64,000 nt of DNA from Candidatus Sumerlaeaceae bacterium (lineage in GTDB: Bacteria > Sumerlaeota > Sumerlaeia > Sumerlaeales > Sumerlaeaceae). A program made the position numbers and the translations under genes. The notes under the pieces are model-generated. The model ran no database searches, was not told the DNA's origin, and saw only the letters and a program-made list of their open reading frames with translations. Location: assembly GCA_049968255.1 (NCBI GenBank), contig JBMFRB010000001.1:224001-288000 (forward strand), written 5' to 3'. Below, in pieces: positions 32,263-41,682 of this stretch. Position 1 is the stretch's first letter. Every line of letters starts with the position of its first letter.

Positions 32263-34800
32263 TTAGCACGGTGGCTCAATAGGGTTAATGTGCCATATGT
32301 TCTCGGCGTACTCTCGGATCGAACGATCGCTGCTGAAGCGTCCCATCCGTGCCACGTTGAGAATCGCTTTCTTTACCCACTGGTCCTGGCGAGTGTAGAG
32401 CTGCGCTGCACGCTGGCTCACCAACAGATACTGTTCGAAATCCGCCAGCAAGAAATAGCGGTCGCCTTGATTGAGCAGGGAGTTGAAAATCCAGTGGAAC
32501 ATCGGGGCATTGCGATGGAAAAGGCGCTCCGAATTGAAGCAATCCATAACCCGACGTATTGCAGCATTCGAGTGATAGAGCTGCCACGGATCGTAGTTGG
32601 GTCGCAAGGCGTCGAGCTCCTCGGCACGATGGCCAAACAGAAAGACGTTGTCCTGGCCGACAGCTTCGATGATTTCAATGTTGCCGCCATCATAAGTGCA
32701 GACCGTGAGGGCGCCATTCATGGCGAATTTCATATTGCTCGTGCCACATGCTTCGGTGCCGGCCGTCGAGATCTGCTCGCTGATGTCGGCGGCAGGAATG
32801 ATCTTTTCGGCAAGCGACACGCGGTAGTCGGGCACGAAGACGACTTTGAGTCGCCCTTTGACGCGCGGATCGTTATTAACGACCTGTGCCAACTCATTTA
32901 TTAGCTTGATAATTTGTTTTGCGGCCCAATAGCCTGGCGCTGCTTTGCCGCCAAAAATAAGCGTGCGAGGCACAGGCGGCTCAATGCGGTCCTCGATGAT
33001 GCACAGATACTCGTGGATTGCACGCATCACCATAAGAAGCTGGCGCTTGTACTCGTGAATTCGTTTCACGATCACATCGAACTGGCTCGATGGGTCAACG
33101 TCCACGCCGGTGGTTTCTTTGATGACGCGTGCTAGGCGTTCCTTGTTGTGGCGCTTGACCGTCGCGAAGCGCTGTCGGAAGGAGCGATCCTCGGCAAAGG
33201 GTTCGATGTCACGCAGTTTCTCGAGGTCAGTTATCCAGCCGTCGCCAATTGTATCGCTCAGCAAGCTGGCCAGGCCCGGGTTGGCCTTGAGTAGCCACCG
33301 ACGTTGCGTTACCCCATTTGTGACGTTGAAGAACTTGTCTGGCCAAAGCTCGTAAAAATCCGGTACAAGGCGAGATTTTACCAGATTGCTGTGGAGTCTG
33401 GCCACACCGTTGACTTTGCGGCTACCGATGATGGCAAGATTTGCCATCCGGACGAAACGCTTGCCGTTGTGCTCTTCGAAAACACTCATCCGATGCAGGC
33501 GCGAGACGTCGTTGGGCCAACGACGTTTCACCTGCTCAAGGAAGCGACGGTTGATCTCCTGAATGATGAGCAGATGCCGTGGCAGGACGCGAAGCAAAAG
33601 TTCTTCCGGCCATTTTTCTAGTGCCTCTGGCATGAGGGTGTGATTCGTGTAGCCAAAGGTGGCTTCGGTGATTTCCCATGCTTTCGTCCATGGCAGACGG
33701 TGTTCGTCGAGAAGCAAACGCATAAGTTCGGCGATGGCCAGAGTCGGGTGGGTGTCGTTGAGTTGAATCGCCACTTTCTGGGGGAATTCGTCAAATGTTG
33801 CATGGCGACGCAGGTACCGCCGGACGATGTCGCGAATGGCACATGCCACAAAGAAATACTCTTGCAGCAAGCGCAGCTCGCGGCCTGCGTCCACAGCATC
33901 GGAGGGATAGAGAACCTTGGAGATGTTCTCTGTAGCAATTTTCTCGACGACGGCTTCCATGTAGTTGCCTTCGTTAAACCGCTGGAAGTCAAATTCCTCC
34001 GATGCTTTCGCGGTGTAGAGGCGGAGATAGTTGACCGTTTGTGCTCCGTAGCCGACGATAAGCATGTCCGACGGTACACCAATAATGTGCTTGCAGCCGG
34101 CCCAAACAACCCGGGGTGTGCCATGCTCATCCTGGATGTGCGTGATGTGGCCGTAGAGAGGCACGCGAACGGATTCATCTGAGCGGTCAATGAGCCATGG
34201 GCTCGGGCGCGAGCGCCATGCATCGGGTGCTTCCACCTGGAAACCGTCCTTAATCTCTTGGCGAAAGAGGCCATACTCGTAGTTGATGCCGTAGCCAAAG
34301 CCCGGCATGTTCATGGTGGCCAGCGAATCGAGGAAACAAGCAGCTAGCCGCCCGAGTCCCCCGTTGCCCAAAGCAGCATCGCGCTCGGTTTCTCGGATTT
34401 CCTCGAGGTCGTAGCCAAGTGATTCGAGAGCGTCGCGGCATAGCGCGTCGATACCAAGATTTGTCAGGTTGTTGCCAAGTGAGCGGCCGACGAGGAATTC
34501 CATCGAGAGGTAGTAAACCCGTTTGGCATCAGCCTTGAAGAATCGCTGCTCGGTGTCGAGGAGCCGCTCAACCAGAAGGTCGCGAACGGCCAAGGAAACG
34601 GCCATCAGCATATTTTCAAGGCTGAGGGTAGCCCATTCTTTAGCTAAGGTGTAGCGCACGTGGCGCTTCACTTGCTCGAGAAATTCCTCTGGCGTCGTCA
34701 CACGGTAGGGCTCCACCCACCCCGGATCGCGTTCTTGGGAACACTCCGGTGCGAGATCGTGCTGTTCCATATCAGGTACCTTTTCCACAGGCATTTGCAA
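32263..34800 (-). CDS. glgP: Glycogen/alpha-glucan phosphorylase
   Basis: YYLSMEFL, LGNGGLGRLAACFLDS, IQLNDTHP, KRIHEYKRQ, PLP site EACGTSNMKFAMNG, FSSDRSIREYA. Confidence 0.96.
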   Translation of the reverse strand: MQMPVEKVPDMEQHDLAPECSQERDPGWVEPYRVTTPEEFLEQVKRHVRYTLAKEWATLSLENMLMAVSLAVRDLLVERLLDTEQRFFKADAKRVYYLSMEFLVGRSLGNNLTNLGIDALCRDALESLGYDLEEIRETERDAALGNGGLGRLAACFLDSLATMNMPGFGYGINYEYGLFRQEIKDGFQVEAPDAWRSRPSPWLIDRSDESVRVPLYGHITHIQDEHGTPRVVWAGCKHIIGVPSDMLIVGYGAQTVNYLRLYTAKASEEFDFQRFNEGNYMEAVVEKIATENISKVLYPSDAVDAGRELRLLQEYFFVACAIRDIVRRYLRRHATFDEFPQKVAIQLNDTHPTLAIAELMRLLLDEHRLPWTKAWEITEATFGYTNHTLMPEALEKWPEELLLRVLPRHLLIIQEINRRFLEQVKRRWPNDVSRLHRMSVFEEHNGKRFVRMANLAIIGSRKVNGVARLHSNLVKSRLVPDFYELWPDKFFNVTNGVTQRRWLLKANPGLASLLSDTIGDGWITDLEKLRDIEPFAEDRSFRQRFATVKRHNKERLARVIKETTGVDVDPSSQFDVIVKRIHEYKRQLLMVMRAIHEYLCIIEDRIEPPVPRTLIFGGKAAPGYWAAKQIIKLINELAQVVNNDPRVKGRLKVVFVPDYRVSLAEKIIPAADISEQISTAGTEACGTSNMKFAMNGALTVCTYDGGNIEIIEAVGQDNVFLFGHRAEELDALRPNYDPWQLYHSNAAIRRVMDCFNSERLFHRNAPMFHWIFNSLLNQGDRYFLLADFEQYLLVSQRAAQLYTRQDQWVKKAILNVARMGRFSSDRSIREYAENIWHINPIEPPC

Positions 34801-34935
34801 ATACTCCCATATCGCTCTTCTGTTAGTACGGAAAAGAAGTGTTGGGGATTCAACCCCAATTTAGAGCGCTCTAACCAAACTCCGGGATACTCGAGAAGCT
34901 TTGGCGAGACATCTTGTGAAGTAACAGAATCCAAC

Positions 34936-36237
34936 CTATGATTTTGCAACGACTTGGCGTTGCGAGAACACCACTTCTCCCTCAACCAAGGTCATGACGA
35001 TGGCGCCGGTAAGTGTGGCGCCAAGCCATGGAGAATTGCAACTTTTCGAGAAAAAGAAGTCCGGAGTAACCTGAACCTCCTCCGCAAGATTCAACAAGAC
35101 GATATCGGCAGGGGCTCCCACACGCAGCGTTCCGCGAGGTTCGAGGCCGAGCACACGCGCTGGGCCGATCGTCAGCTTCTCGATGAGTTTTCCTAGGGGG
35201 ACCTGGCCTGATTTCACGAGGAATGTGTACAGGACGGGAAACGCCGTTTCCAGGCCGACCATGCCGTAGGGTGCGTCCACGAAGGGGAGGTCTTTCTCAA
35301 TGTCTGTGTGGGGAGCGTGATCGGTGGCAATGCAATCAATCGTGTCGTCGAGGAGCGCCGCCACAAGAGCTTCACGGTCCTCGGCCTCGCCGATCGGTGG
35401 ATTAACCTTTAGATTAGTATCGAATGATTCCAATGCTGCATCGGTGAGCGTCAGGTGATGGGGCGTCACTTCTGCAGTCACGCGCACCCCATCTGCTTTG
35501 GCCCTGCGGATGTGGGGCAGGGATTGCCGCTTGGAGACGTGCATGATGTGTAAACGGCCGCCAGTAAATGCGGCCAATTCTACATCTCGCGCAACCATAA
35601 CGCTTTCGGCCAACGCGGGGATGCCTTTCAGGCCAAGTTTGGTCGAATAATACCCCTCATGGACCACGCCCTCGCCGGCAAGGTGGAGATCTTCGCAATG
35701 GTCAAGAATGGGGACGTCGAACATGGCCGAATATTCGAGCGCGCGCCGCATGATCTCGGCGTTCATGATAGGATGCCCGTCGTCGGTAAAACCGCGGGCA
35801 CCGTAGTGAACGAGATCACCGAACTCGACAATCTCTTCTCCTTGCTGGCCGCGGGTGACGGCTGCGTAGGGAATAACGTGGACGACGGCGTCGGATTCGG
35901 CGCGCGCAAGGATAAACTTGAGCCCGGTTTGCGAGTCAATAACGGGACACGTGTTGGGAATGGCGCACACCGTCGTGAAGCCGCCTGCCGCGGCCGCGCG
36001 CGTGCCCGAGGCAATGGTTTCCTTGTCCTCGCGACCAGGCTCGCGCAGGTGGGTATGCAAATCAATGAAGCCCGGGCAGGCAATAAGGCCGGTCGCGTCG
36101 AGGATGTCGGCTTGCGCGGCATTCGGGGGAACACCGACGTGCTCGATGACGCCGTCACTGATGACGATTGAGGCGATTTCGTCTCGACCTGTGGCTGGGT
36201 CAATGACCCGTGCATTGCGGATTATAAGTTTAGCCAT
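34936..36237 (-). CDS. pyrC: Dihydroorotase (type I, long form)
   Basis: PGFIDLHTHLREPG, AAAGGFTTV, HCED, HIMHVS, EVTPHHL, KVNPP, IATDHAPH. Confidence 0.93.
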   Translation of the reverse strand: MAKLIIRNARVIDPATGRDEIASIVISDGVIEHVGVPPNAAQADILDATGLIACPGFIDLHTHLREPGREDKETIASGTRAAAAGGFTTVCAIPNTCPVIDSQTGLKFILARAESDAVVHVIPYAAVTRGQQGEEIVEFGDLVHYGARGFTDDGHPIMNAEIMRRALEYSAMFDVPILDHCEDLHLAGEGVVHEGYYSTKLGLKGIPALAESVMVARDVELAAFTGGRLHIMHVSKRQSLPHIRRAKADGVRVTAEVTPHHLTLTDAALESFDTNLKVNPPIGEAEDREALVAALLDDTIDCIATDHAPHTDIEKDLPFVDAPYGMVGLETAFPVLYTFLVKSGQVPLGKLIEKLTIGPARVLGLEPRGTLRVGAPADIVLLNLAEEVQVTPDFFFSKSCNSPWLGATLTGAIVMTLVEGEVVFSQRQVVAKS

Positions 36238-36326
36238 GTCGAGAGAAGGAGCTTGCTATGCAAAACATCGGGCGCAAGAAGTTTTTTCAGCCGTTTTGTC
36301 TTTTGTTCCCCACGGCCATGCATGAC

Positions 36327-36542
36327 TCAGCGGTTGCCGTTGTTTTTCGCGAGGGCGCCTTGCCAATCAAAGCGATAAAGCGGACAACTGCCATTACCCA
36401 GATAACGTTCTTTCTCTGGATGGCTGCACAAGGCGCGCCCTAGCTCGGCGTCCTTCACCCCTTCGAAAAAATAGCAGTCTTTCAGCCGGCACGTGACCAG
36501 AAGCGGAGTCTGGCGTTTCAATGTCTTTGCGTCGTTAGTCAT
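36327..36542 (-). CDS. Small Cys-rich hypothetical protein
   Basis: 71 aa with ATG start, fills the gap upstream of pyrC; CRLKDC...LCSHP...SCPLY pattern. Confidence 0.6.
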   Translation of the reverse strand: MTNDAKTLKRQTPLLVTCRLKDCYFFEGVKDAELGRALCSHPEKERYLGNGSCPLYRFDWQGALAKNNGNR

Positions 36543-36848
36543 CTTACCATTCTGTTCGTGGACAAGTATAGTTCCTGTTTGAAATGCCGACTACTTACTA
36601 CTCATGCTTTTGTCCCTCGTCTGGTGGGCGCGTGCCCGACCCCGTAACGGAAAGAGGCTTCGGCAGGATCCGCGCTTAGGTCGCGAATAGCTGCGGCATG
36701 TACCTGTAAATACGCACGGCCAATGAGCTACCATCGGTGAGGTGTTTTGTCATTTCTTGGGAAACGTGGGAAGCGCCTCAGAGAATGCGGCACGAAACTC
36801 TTAGCCTCTCGCGATGGTAAGCAATACAGCATGTGGAGAGAAAGTACG

Positions 36849-37163
36849 ATGGATGCCATTTTGCGCTATGGCAGCACCCAATATAAGGTAAGCACCGGAC
36901 AGACGTTGAAACTTCCGCTATTGGACGTGGAAGTGGGCAGTCGCGTGGAACTCGATGATGTTCTCCAGGTCAAGAAGGACAACGGCGAGGCTGTGTTCGG
37001 CCGTCCGACGGTGGAAGGCGCGACAGTTGTGGCCAAGGTTTTGCGGCATGGCAAGGACCGCAAGATTCTCGTCTATACGTTCAAGCGGCGCAAAGGCTAC
37101 GAAAAACGCCGTGGCCACCGCCAACCGTACACTGAAGTGCTGATCGAAAACATTAAACTTTGA
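36849..37163 (+). CDS. rplU: 50S ribosomal protein L21
   Basis: QYKVS, FGRPTVEGATV, KRRKGYEKRRGHRQPYT; GGAG RBS upstream. Confidence 0.96.
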   Translation: MDAILRYGSTQYKVSTGQTLKLPLLDVEVGSRVELDDVLQVKKDNGEAVFGRPTVEGATVVAKVLRHGKDRKILVYTFKRRKGYEKRRGHRQPYTEVLIENIKL

Positions 37164-37220
37164 TACCAATCATTTCCCGTGGGCACAAGCCCAACCGAAC
37201 CTTAGTCGAGGGTAGAATCA

Positions 37221-37490
37221 ATGGCACATAAGAAGGGCGTAGGAAGCTCAAGAAATGGTCGCGACAGCAACTCGAAACGTCTGGGCTGCAAGGCTTTTGG
37301 CGGCGAGTTCGTCAAAGGCGGCAGCATCATCGTCCGTCAGCGTGGCACGCGTGTGCATCCAGGACCAAACGTCGGGCTGGGCCGCGATTATACGTTGTTT
37401 GCGAAAGTGAGCGGAATCGTAGAGTTCTACGAGCGAGCAGGGAAAAAGTTTGTGGCAGTGAAGCCCGCAGATGCTCCTGCTGCAGTGTAA
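37221..37490 (+). CDS. rpmA: 50S ribosomal protein L27
   Basis: [38 protein letters not shown]. Confidence 0.98.
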   Translation: MAHKKGVGSSRNGRDSNSKRLGCKAFGGEFVKGGSIIVRQRGTRVHPGPNVGLGRDYTLFAKVSGIVEFYERAGKKFVAVKPADAPAAV

Positions 37491-37524
37491 CGGCTGTACG
37501 TTACCATAAACATTGCAACTTGCG

Positions 37525-37557
37525 AAAACGGCTGCAGTGTACTATGCAGCCGTTTTT
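37525..37557 (+). terminator. Intrinsic terminator after rplU-rpmA
   Basis: AAAACGGCTGCA-gtgtacta-TGCAGCCGTTTTT perfect hairpin with T tract. Confidence 0.8.
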
Positions 37558-37596
37558 CATTCGAGTTTGAGCAAGAGAGTATATGCTGTGAATGCA

Positions 37597-38106
37597 ATGC
37601 GTGGGCGATATCCGTTCCTTGACCCTGTGCGGGGCGAGCTGCTAAAAGCCAAGTGGATTTGGGTCGCTTGCTGCTTCAGTCCTATCATTTACTTCTTTCT
37701 GGCTCGCGCTGTAGAAGTCTGGTCGTTCCGCGATGCAGCTAAAAGTGGGCTTGTCGGTTTAGATCCAGAAAACAGAGACAGGGCTGCAAAGGCATTTTTT
37801 TTGTTTGCGGTGTCCCTGGAAGCGGCGGTGTTAAGCCTTCGGCATTGGTTCAATCGGCGGGCGCGAAGTGGGACAACAACGTTGCAAGAAGTGATGTCGC
37901 TCTACCTAAAACGCACAATTGTGCTTTTGGCCGTGAGCGAGTGCGCCGTGCTCGGCGGCTTTGTCTATTTTCTGCTCTTTGGCGACATGAGAGCATTACT
38001 CATCGGCGGCGTGTTGACTTACCTTTATTATGCCCAAAGCTATCCGAGTGAGGAAGGGCTGGCGAGGCTTGCCGAACCCTTGCGACGAGCACGTGGTGGG
38101 GAGTGA
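37597..38106 (+). CDS. Hypothetical membrane protein (about 4 TM)
   Basis: Hydrophobic segments; start placed after the terminator (MRGRYPFL). Confidence 0.6.
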   Translation: MRGRYPFLDPVRGELLKAKWIWVACCFSPIIYFFLARAVEVWSFRDAAKSGLVGLDPENRDRAAKAFFLFAVSLEAAVLSLRHWFNRRARSGTTTLQEVMSLYLKRTIVLLAVSECAVLGGFVYFLLFGDMRALLIGGVLTYLYYAQSYPSEEGLARLAEPLRRARGGE

Positions 38107-38788
38107 TCTTCCGGGCTGCAGAATTGCACGGCCATTCCTCGCAAAGGCGCCGCCCCGAACAGGACTGATCTACCCGGTTTGTACGAAACGCGTCCTGGAA
38201 GGGAATCAGCCACATCTCGACGCGATTATTTCTCTCCGTGGTGTGATGAGATGTGTGTCGCGGCATGGCAGCGGACCGGCAAGTCTGATGTCGCCTACCT
38301 TTCTCAGGCACAGCAACGCGCAAGGATTTTCCTGAGGACGTGGGCACCAGAGCTCCGCGTGCTGAACAAAGGTAGGAAAAAGAGCCGGGCGAGCCCGAAA
38401 GCCAGCTCATGGGTGAATGGGGGAAAACAGCAGAAGGATTTCGTGAGGCGTTTGCTGAGTTCTTGCCGACGCTCCGTGCTGTTGCCCGCGACAAGTCGCA
38501 CAAACTTATAGCTGAACCGTGGGCAGAATGTTCTCCGCAACTTGGGGAAGAAAAGTAGCGCCCAGAGCGACGCCACTGTCTTCGTCGCTGACGGTCGTCA
38601 TGAGGCATGGTTTGCGCGCCTCGAATCTATTCATGTGACGCATCAGCCAAGCGCTGCTGAAATTTAGAAGCTTGCCTTGCGTCTTGCGTGCGCTTGATGT
38701 CCCCAAGGTTTTGCTGGAGGCAGTTTGAGCGCCACTATCGCAGTCACCGCTACGGCAGGTACGCTGCAGACCGTATGGAGGACGCTGT

Positions 38789-39799
38789 TCATTGTTTCGC
38801 TGCGCCACCAGTGGGTGAAACATCGACAGGACGTTTGAGAGCAGCTGAGTCAAGAACTGCCAACGCTAGCCGGACGGCTCGCGCCCCTTCTGTCAAGGGG
38901 ACTGGTGATGGGGTCCCATGAGCGACCGCAGCGATGAAGGCCTCGGCTTGGCGATCGTAAGGAGTGCGGCGCGTTGGCGAAAACGAAACTTCCTCCTCTC
39001 GACAGCAGTGAGCTGCTCCGCGGCGCTTGTAACTATAAGCAGGTGCACGGCGGGAATCAAAATCAAGAATCCCGTGGCTAGCTGCCAGTTCATAAAAATA
39101 ATAAAATGTATTTGGAGGCTCAGCCCAGCTAGCTTCCACGTGTATGAGCGCTCCATCAGCAAGCCTGCCCACTACTAAACACAGATCGTCGGCGAGTGAA
39201 CTTCCCAGTGAACGTCGCGCAAAGACATTGACGATCGGCCCTGCGGCCCACTCAGCAAAATCGAGGTCGTGAATCATCATATCGAGCACTGCTCCCCCAC
39301 TCTTTTCAAAATCAAATAGCCAGTGATTGGACGGTAAATCGAATCCGGCACACCGGCCGAGACGCAGAACACCAAGTTGCCCCAACTGGCGCTCGATCAA
39401 CACCTTGCGCGCGTATTCATACTCAGGGAAGAAGCGAACTGTGTGCCCAACCATGAGCATTTTAGGATAGCCGGCGAAAAGCGCCTCGATGCGCCTAAGC
39501 TCAGCTTCCGTCCGGACTAACGGCTTTTCGCATAAGACGTGCACTCCGGTCTCGTGAGCTTTTTCCAAAAGCTCAGCATGCGTGTGGGTTGGCGTGGCAA
39601 TGACCACCACGTCCAGGTGCATATCGCCAAAAAACTCATCCAGCGTGCGTGCACAACGGGCCCCGTGCAGATCAGCCAAATGCGAAGACGATTGCTCGGG
39701 AGCGTACACAGCAGAGATCTTTGCCTTTCCAGTGCGGGCAAATGCAGCAGCATGGATGCGCCCCAGATTGCCGGCTCCCAGAATCCCAACACGAAGCAT
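38789..39799 (-). CDS. Gfo/Idh/MocA family oxidoreductase
   Basis: VGILGAGNLG, IATPTHTH, VLCEKP, GHTVRFFP, SGGAVLDMMIHDLD. Confidence 0.92.
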   Translation of the reverse strand: MLRVGILGAGNLGRIHAAAFARTGKAKISAVYAPEQSSSHLADLHGARCARTLDEFFGDMHLDVVVIATPTHTHAELLEKAHETGVHVLCEKPLVRTEAELRRIEALFAGYPKMLMVGHTVRFFPEYEYARKVLIERQLGQLGVLRLGRCAGFDLPSNHWLFDFEKSGGAVLDMMIHDLDFAEWAAGPIVNVFARRSLGSSLADDLCLVVGRLADGALIHVEASWAEPPNTFYYFYELAASHGILDFDSRRAPAYSYKRRGAAHCCREEEVSFSPTRRTPYDRQAEAFIAAVAHGTPSPVPLTEGARAVRLALAVLDSAALKRPVDVSPTGGAAKQ

Positions 39800-40023
39800 G
39801 GTGGTTTCTCCATTGGGCACCCAGAAATGATCAAACAAAACCGACAAGATCCTGAAGTCAGAAATGTGTCAAGCTAGGAGCCAACGCCTAGGAGGCAGAC
39901 AAGAGACTGGTCAGCGGTAAATGTCTTGATTGAAGGAGGCAAAAACGTCCATGCCCTTAGCGCATGATCAAACCAACAAAATGGAAGCGAAGCGGCGCTT
40001 GGCGTTTTTCCAATCACGGCCGC

Positions 40024-41043
40024 ATGGCCTGGCAGCTTCTGCTCCGCATGGCAGTCAGCGCTATTTTGCTCACATGGATTTTCACGCGCCAGGCCGACCT
40101 GGCTGGTGCGTTGCGTGTGCTGCAGGGGGCAATGCCTTCTTTTTTGGCACTTGGATTTGCGCTTTTTTTTGTCGGTGAGCTGCTCACGGTTTACAAATGG
40201 CAAATCCTTTTGCGTACTGTGGGGGTACGTTGCGGCTTTCTCGACCTCACACGCGCAATGCTCATTGGTGAGTTCTACAGCATGTTTCTTCCCACGTCGG
40301 TAGGTGGCGACGTCTGCCGCATCGCACTTACACGGTCGGCTGCGGGCAGCACATCGGTGGCGGCGAGCGCAGCCCTCATGCAGCGAAACACAGGCATGGG
40401 TGGTTTATTGGTCCTTGCGCTTGTCGCGACATCGTTCGTCGACACGCGCTTTGGCCTATTCAGCGGCCCTTTGGCTGTGTTCGACAGGCTCATAACGTGG
40501 TTTGCGCTCATCGCATTGGTTTACATGGCCATCAACATTGTGCTGCTGTCAGAAAAAGCACGCGTGCTGCTGTGGTGCCGCTTGGCTAAACCAGCAGCGC
40601 ATCTTCCCTTGCTAGGGAGGCTGATTCGGTTCGCCGATGATTTCCACGTTGCCACGCGAAATATGCGCCTCGTTTTCCCGGCTGCGCTGCTGCTCTCGAT
40701 GCTCACTCAGTTCCTCGACTGCCTCATGGGTTGGTGTGCTGGTCAGGCGATCAGTGCCAGACTCTCCGTCGCGCAGGCATGTGTCTTTGTGCCGGCCGCC
40801 ACACTCATAGCCCTCTTGCCGTTTTCGGTGAACGGCATCGGGCTTCGCGAAGTTGCCTATTTGACACTGACATCCCAAGCTGGCTTGAGCAAAGAACAGG
40901 CAGTGGCACTCGGCACGATTCACTTCGCCTGCCTGGTAGGGCTGGCGCTCATTGGAGGAATTTGGCAGCTTCTTTCGCCGGCAATCGTCGCACGGGAAAA
41001 CGATAAATGCGCAGGGCGCGGGGCTGACACGTCAGCGCCGTAA
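40024..41043 (+). CDS. Lysylphosphatidylglycerol synthase TM-domain (UPF0104, flippase-like) protein
   Basis: KWQILL, FLPTSVGGDVCR, LPFSVNGIGLRE. Confidence 0.85.
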   Translation: MAWQLLLRMAVSAILLTWIFTRQADLAGALRVLQGAMPSFLALGFALFFVGELLTVYKWQILLRTVGVRCGFLDLTRAMLIGEFYSMFLPTSVGGDVCRIALTRSAAGSTSVAASAALMQRNTGMGGLLVLALVATSFVDTRFGLFSGPLAVFDRLITWFALIALVYMAINIVLLSEKARVLLWCRLAKPAAHLPLLGRLIRFADDFHVATRNMRLVFPAALLLSMLTQFLDCLMGWCAGQAISARLSVAQACVFVPAATLIALLPFSVNGIGLREVAYLTLTSQAGLSKEQAVALGTIHFACLVGLALIGGIWQLLSPAIVARENDKCAGRGADTSAP

Positions 41044-41682
41044 GCGCGACGGGCCACTAACGGCGGGATGATTCCGTACATAAAAGCGCCACGGTAGGGT
41101 GGCATGCTCCTGGGCGTAGGCAATGTTGATGCGAGGCGACGTGCCGATTTCTTCGTTAGGCGCAAGCTCAGCGGGCACGAGGAAGAGCCGGTTGCCCCAG
41201 AGAGGTTCGCCATAGAGCGCACCGCTAATGCCCATAGCCTTGCACAGTTTGCCAGGACCTCGGCACAGAGAATGGAGTGTGGCATGCAGGGGGGCGTCGA
41301 GGCGTTGGCGCATGAGATCGACGCCAACGACCGGATCTAGCGCGCGCACGAGAACGGCCTGCGGCATTCCTATGGGGCCGCTGACAACGTTAAAGCACCA
41401 GTACATGCCATAAATGAGATAAATATAGGCGTGGCCTTTGGGACCAAACATCGCTCGGTTGCGCTCTGTCATACGGCCACCGAAGGAATGCGAACCCTTG
41501 TCCTCCGGGCCACAGTAAGCTTCCACTTCCACGATGCGTCCAGCGCAGGTGCCTTCGGGCGAACGGTGCACGAGCAAGGCTCCCAGCAGAGCACGGGCGA
41601 CGTCGAGGGTGGGCCGCTCGAAAAACTCGCGTGAGAAACGCTCGTCGAGCGCTCTATGATCAATGGGATAACTTCTGAGCAT
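41032..41682 (-). CDS. mpg: DNA-3-methyladenine glycosylase (Mpg/AAG family)
   Basis: VARALLG, GRIVEVEAY, YIYLIYGMYWCFNVV, AVLVRAL, GPGKLCKAMGI, PRINI, PWRFY. Confidence 0.92.
   Translation of the reverse strand: MLRSYPIDHRALDERFSREFFERPTLDVARALLGALLVHRSPEGTCAGRIVEVEAYCGPEDKGSHSFGGRMTERNRAMFGPKGHAYIYLIYGMYWCFNVVSGPIGMPQAVLVRALDPVVGVDLMRQRLDAPLHATLHSLCRGPGKLCKAMGISGALYGEPLWGNRLFLVPAELAPNEEIGTSPRINIAYAQEHATLPWRFYVRNHPAVSGPSRLRR

Noticed and set aside
32050-32275. 13-bp direct repeat TTAGCACGGTGGC at 32050 and 32263, resembling a CIRCE half-site
   Set aside because: No inverted partner and only two copies; one such match is plausible by chance in 64 kb.
36543-36848. Possible ribosomal-protein leader or PyrR attenuator
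   Set aside because: No recognisable conserved structure or motif by eye; would need an Infernal scan.
37513-37596. Upstream extension of the membrane-protein ORF
   Set aside because: It runs through the rpmA terminator hairpin; ATG 37597 is more plausible.
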